A DNA stretch of 64,000 nucleotides from Octopus sinensis (lineage: Eukaryota), in the NCBI RefSeq assembly GCF_006345805.1, contig NC_043002.1:85684001-85748000 (forward strand). The letters run 5' to 3'. Position numbers and translations under genes: made by a program. Shown one piece after another: positions 63,856 to 64,000 of this stretch. The notes under the pieces were generated by a model, which did not search any database, was not told the origin of the DNA, and saw only the letters and a list, made by a program, of their open reading frames with translations. Position 1 is the stretch's first letter. The number at the start of each line of letters is the position of its first letter.

Positions 63856-64000
63856 ATAATCTATACATATATATATATAATATATATACATATATAATAT
63901 ATATAATATATACGTATATATTATATAATATATACATATATATATAATATATACGTATATATATATATATTATATATATATATATATATATAATATATAC
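63628..64000. repeat. degenerate (TA)n / (TACA)n
   Basis: Direct inspection. Confidence 0.95.

Overview
AT-rich, microsatellite-dense eukaryotic DNA with no host gene I can support. The repeat families look like those I recall from Octopus genomes; this is recall, not a database search. The window is a retro/DNA-transposon graveyard. It holds many RTE-clade LINE relics, including one with a YADD reverse transcriptase and an embedded C4HC3 PHD-like finger, whose (GAT)n-tailed 3' UTR accounts for most 'SINE-like' repeats and for a 2.4-kb tandem array. It also holds CR1/L2-like relics, three tRNA-derived SINE families (my labels A/B/C, several with clean TSDs), Tc1/mariner relics of the DD34D, DD37D and DD41D types, two pogo/Tigger relics, several MITE families (Merlin-like, hAT-like, piggyBac-like) and 22-bp minisatellites. 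The most unusual signals are RNA-level. Three distinct Penelope-type minimal hammerhead-ribozyme motif families occur (five copies). One sits in the tail of a tRNA-headed SINE, present here as a head-to-head palindromic dimer inserted as a single unit between 13-bp target-site duplications (60349-61041). Most ORFs in the supplied track are simple-repeat or TE artefacts.
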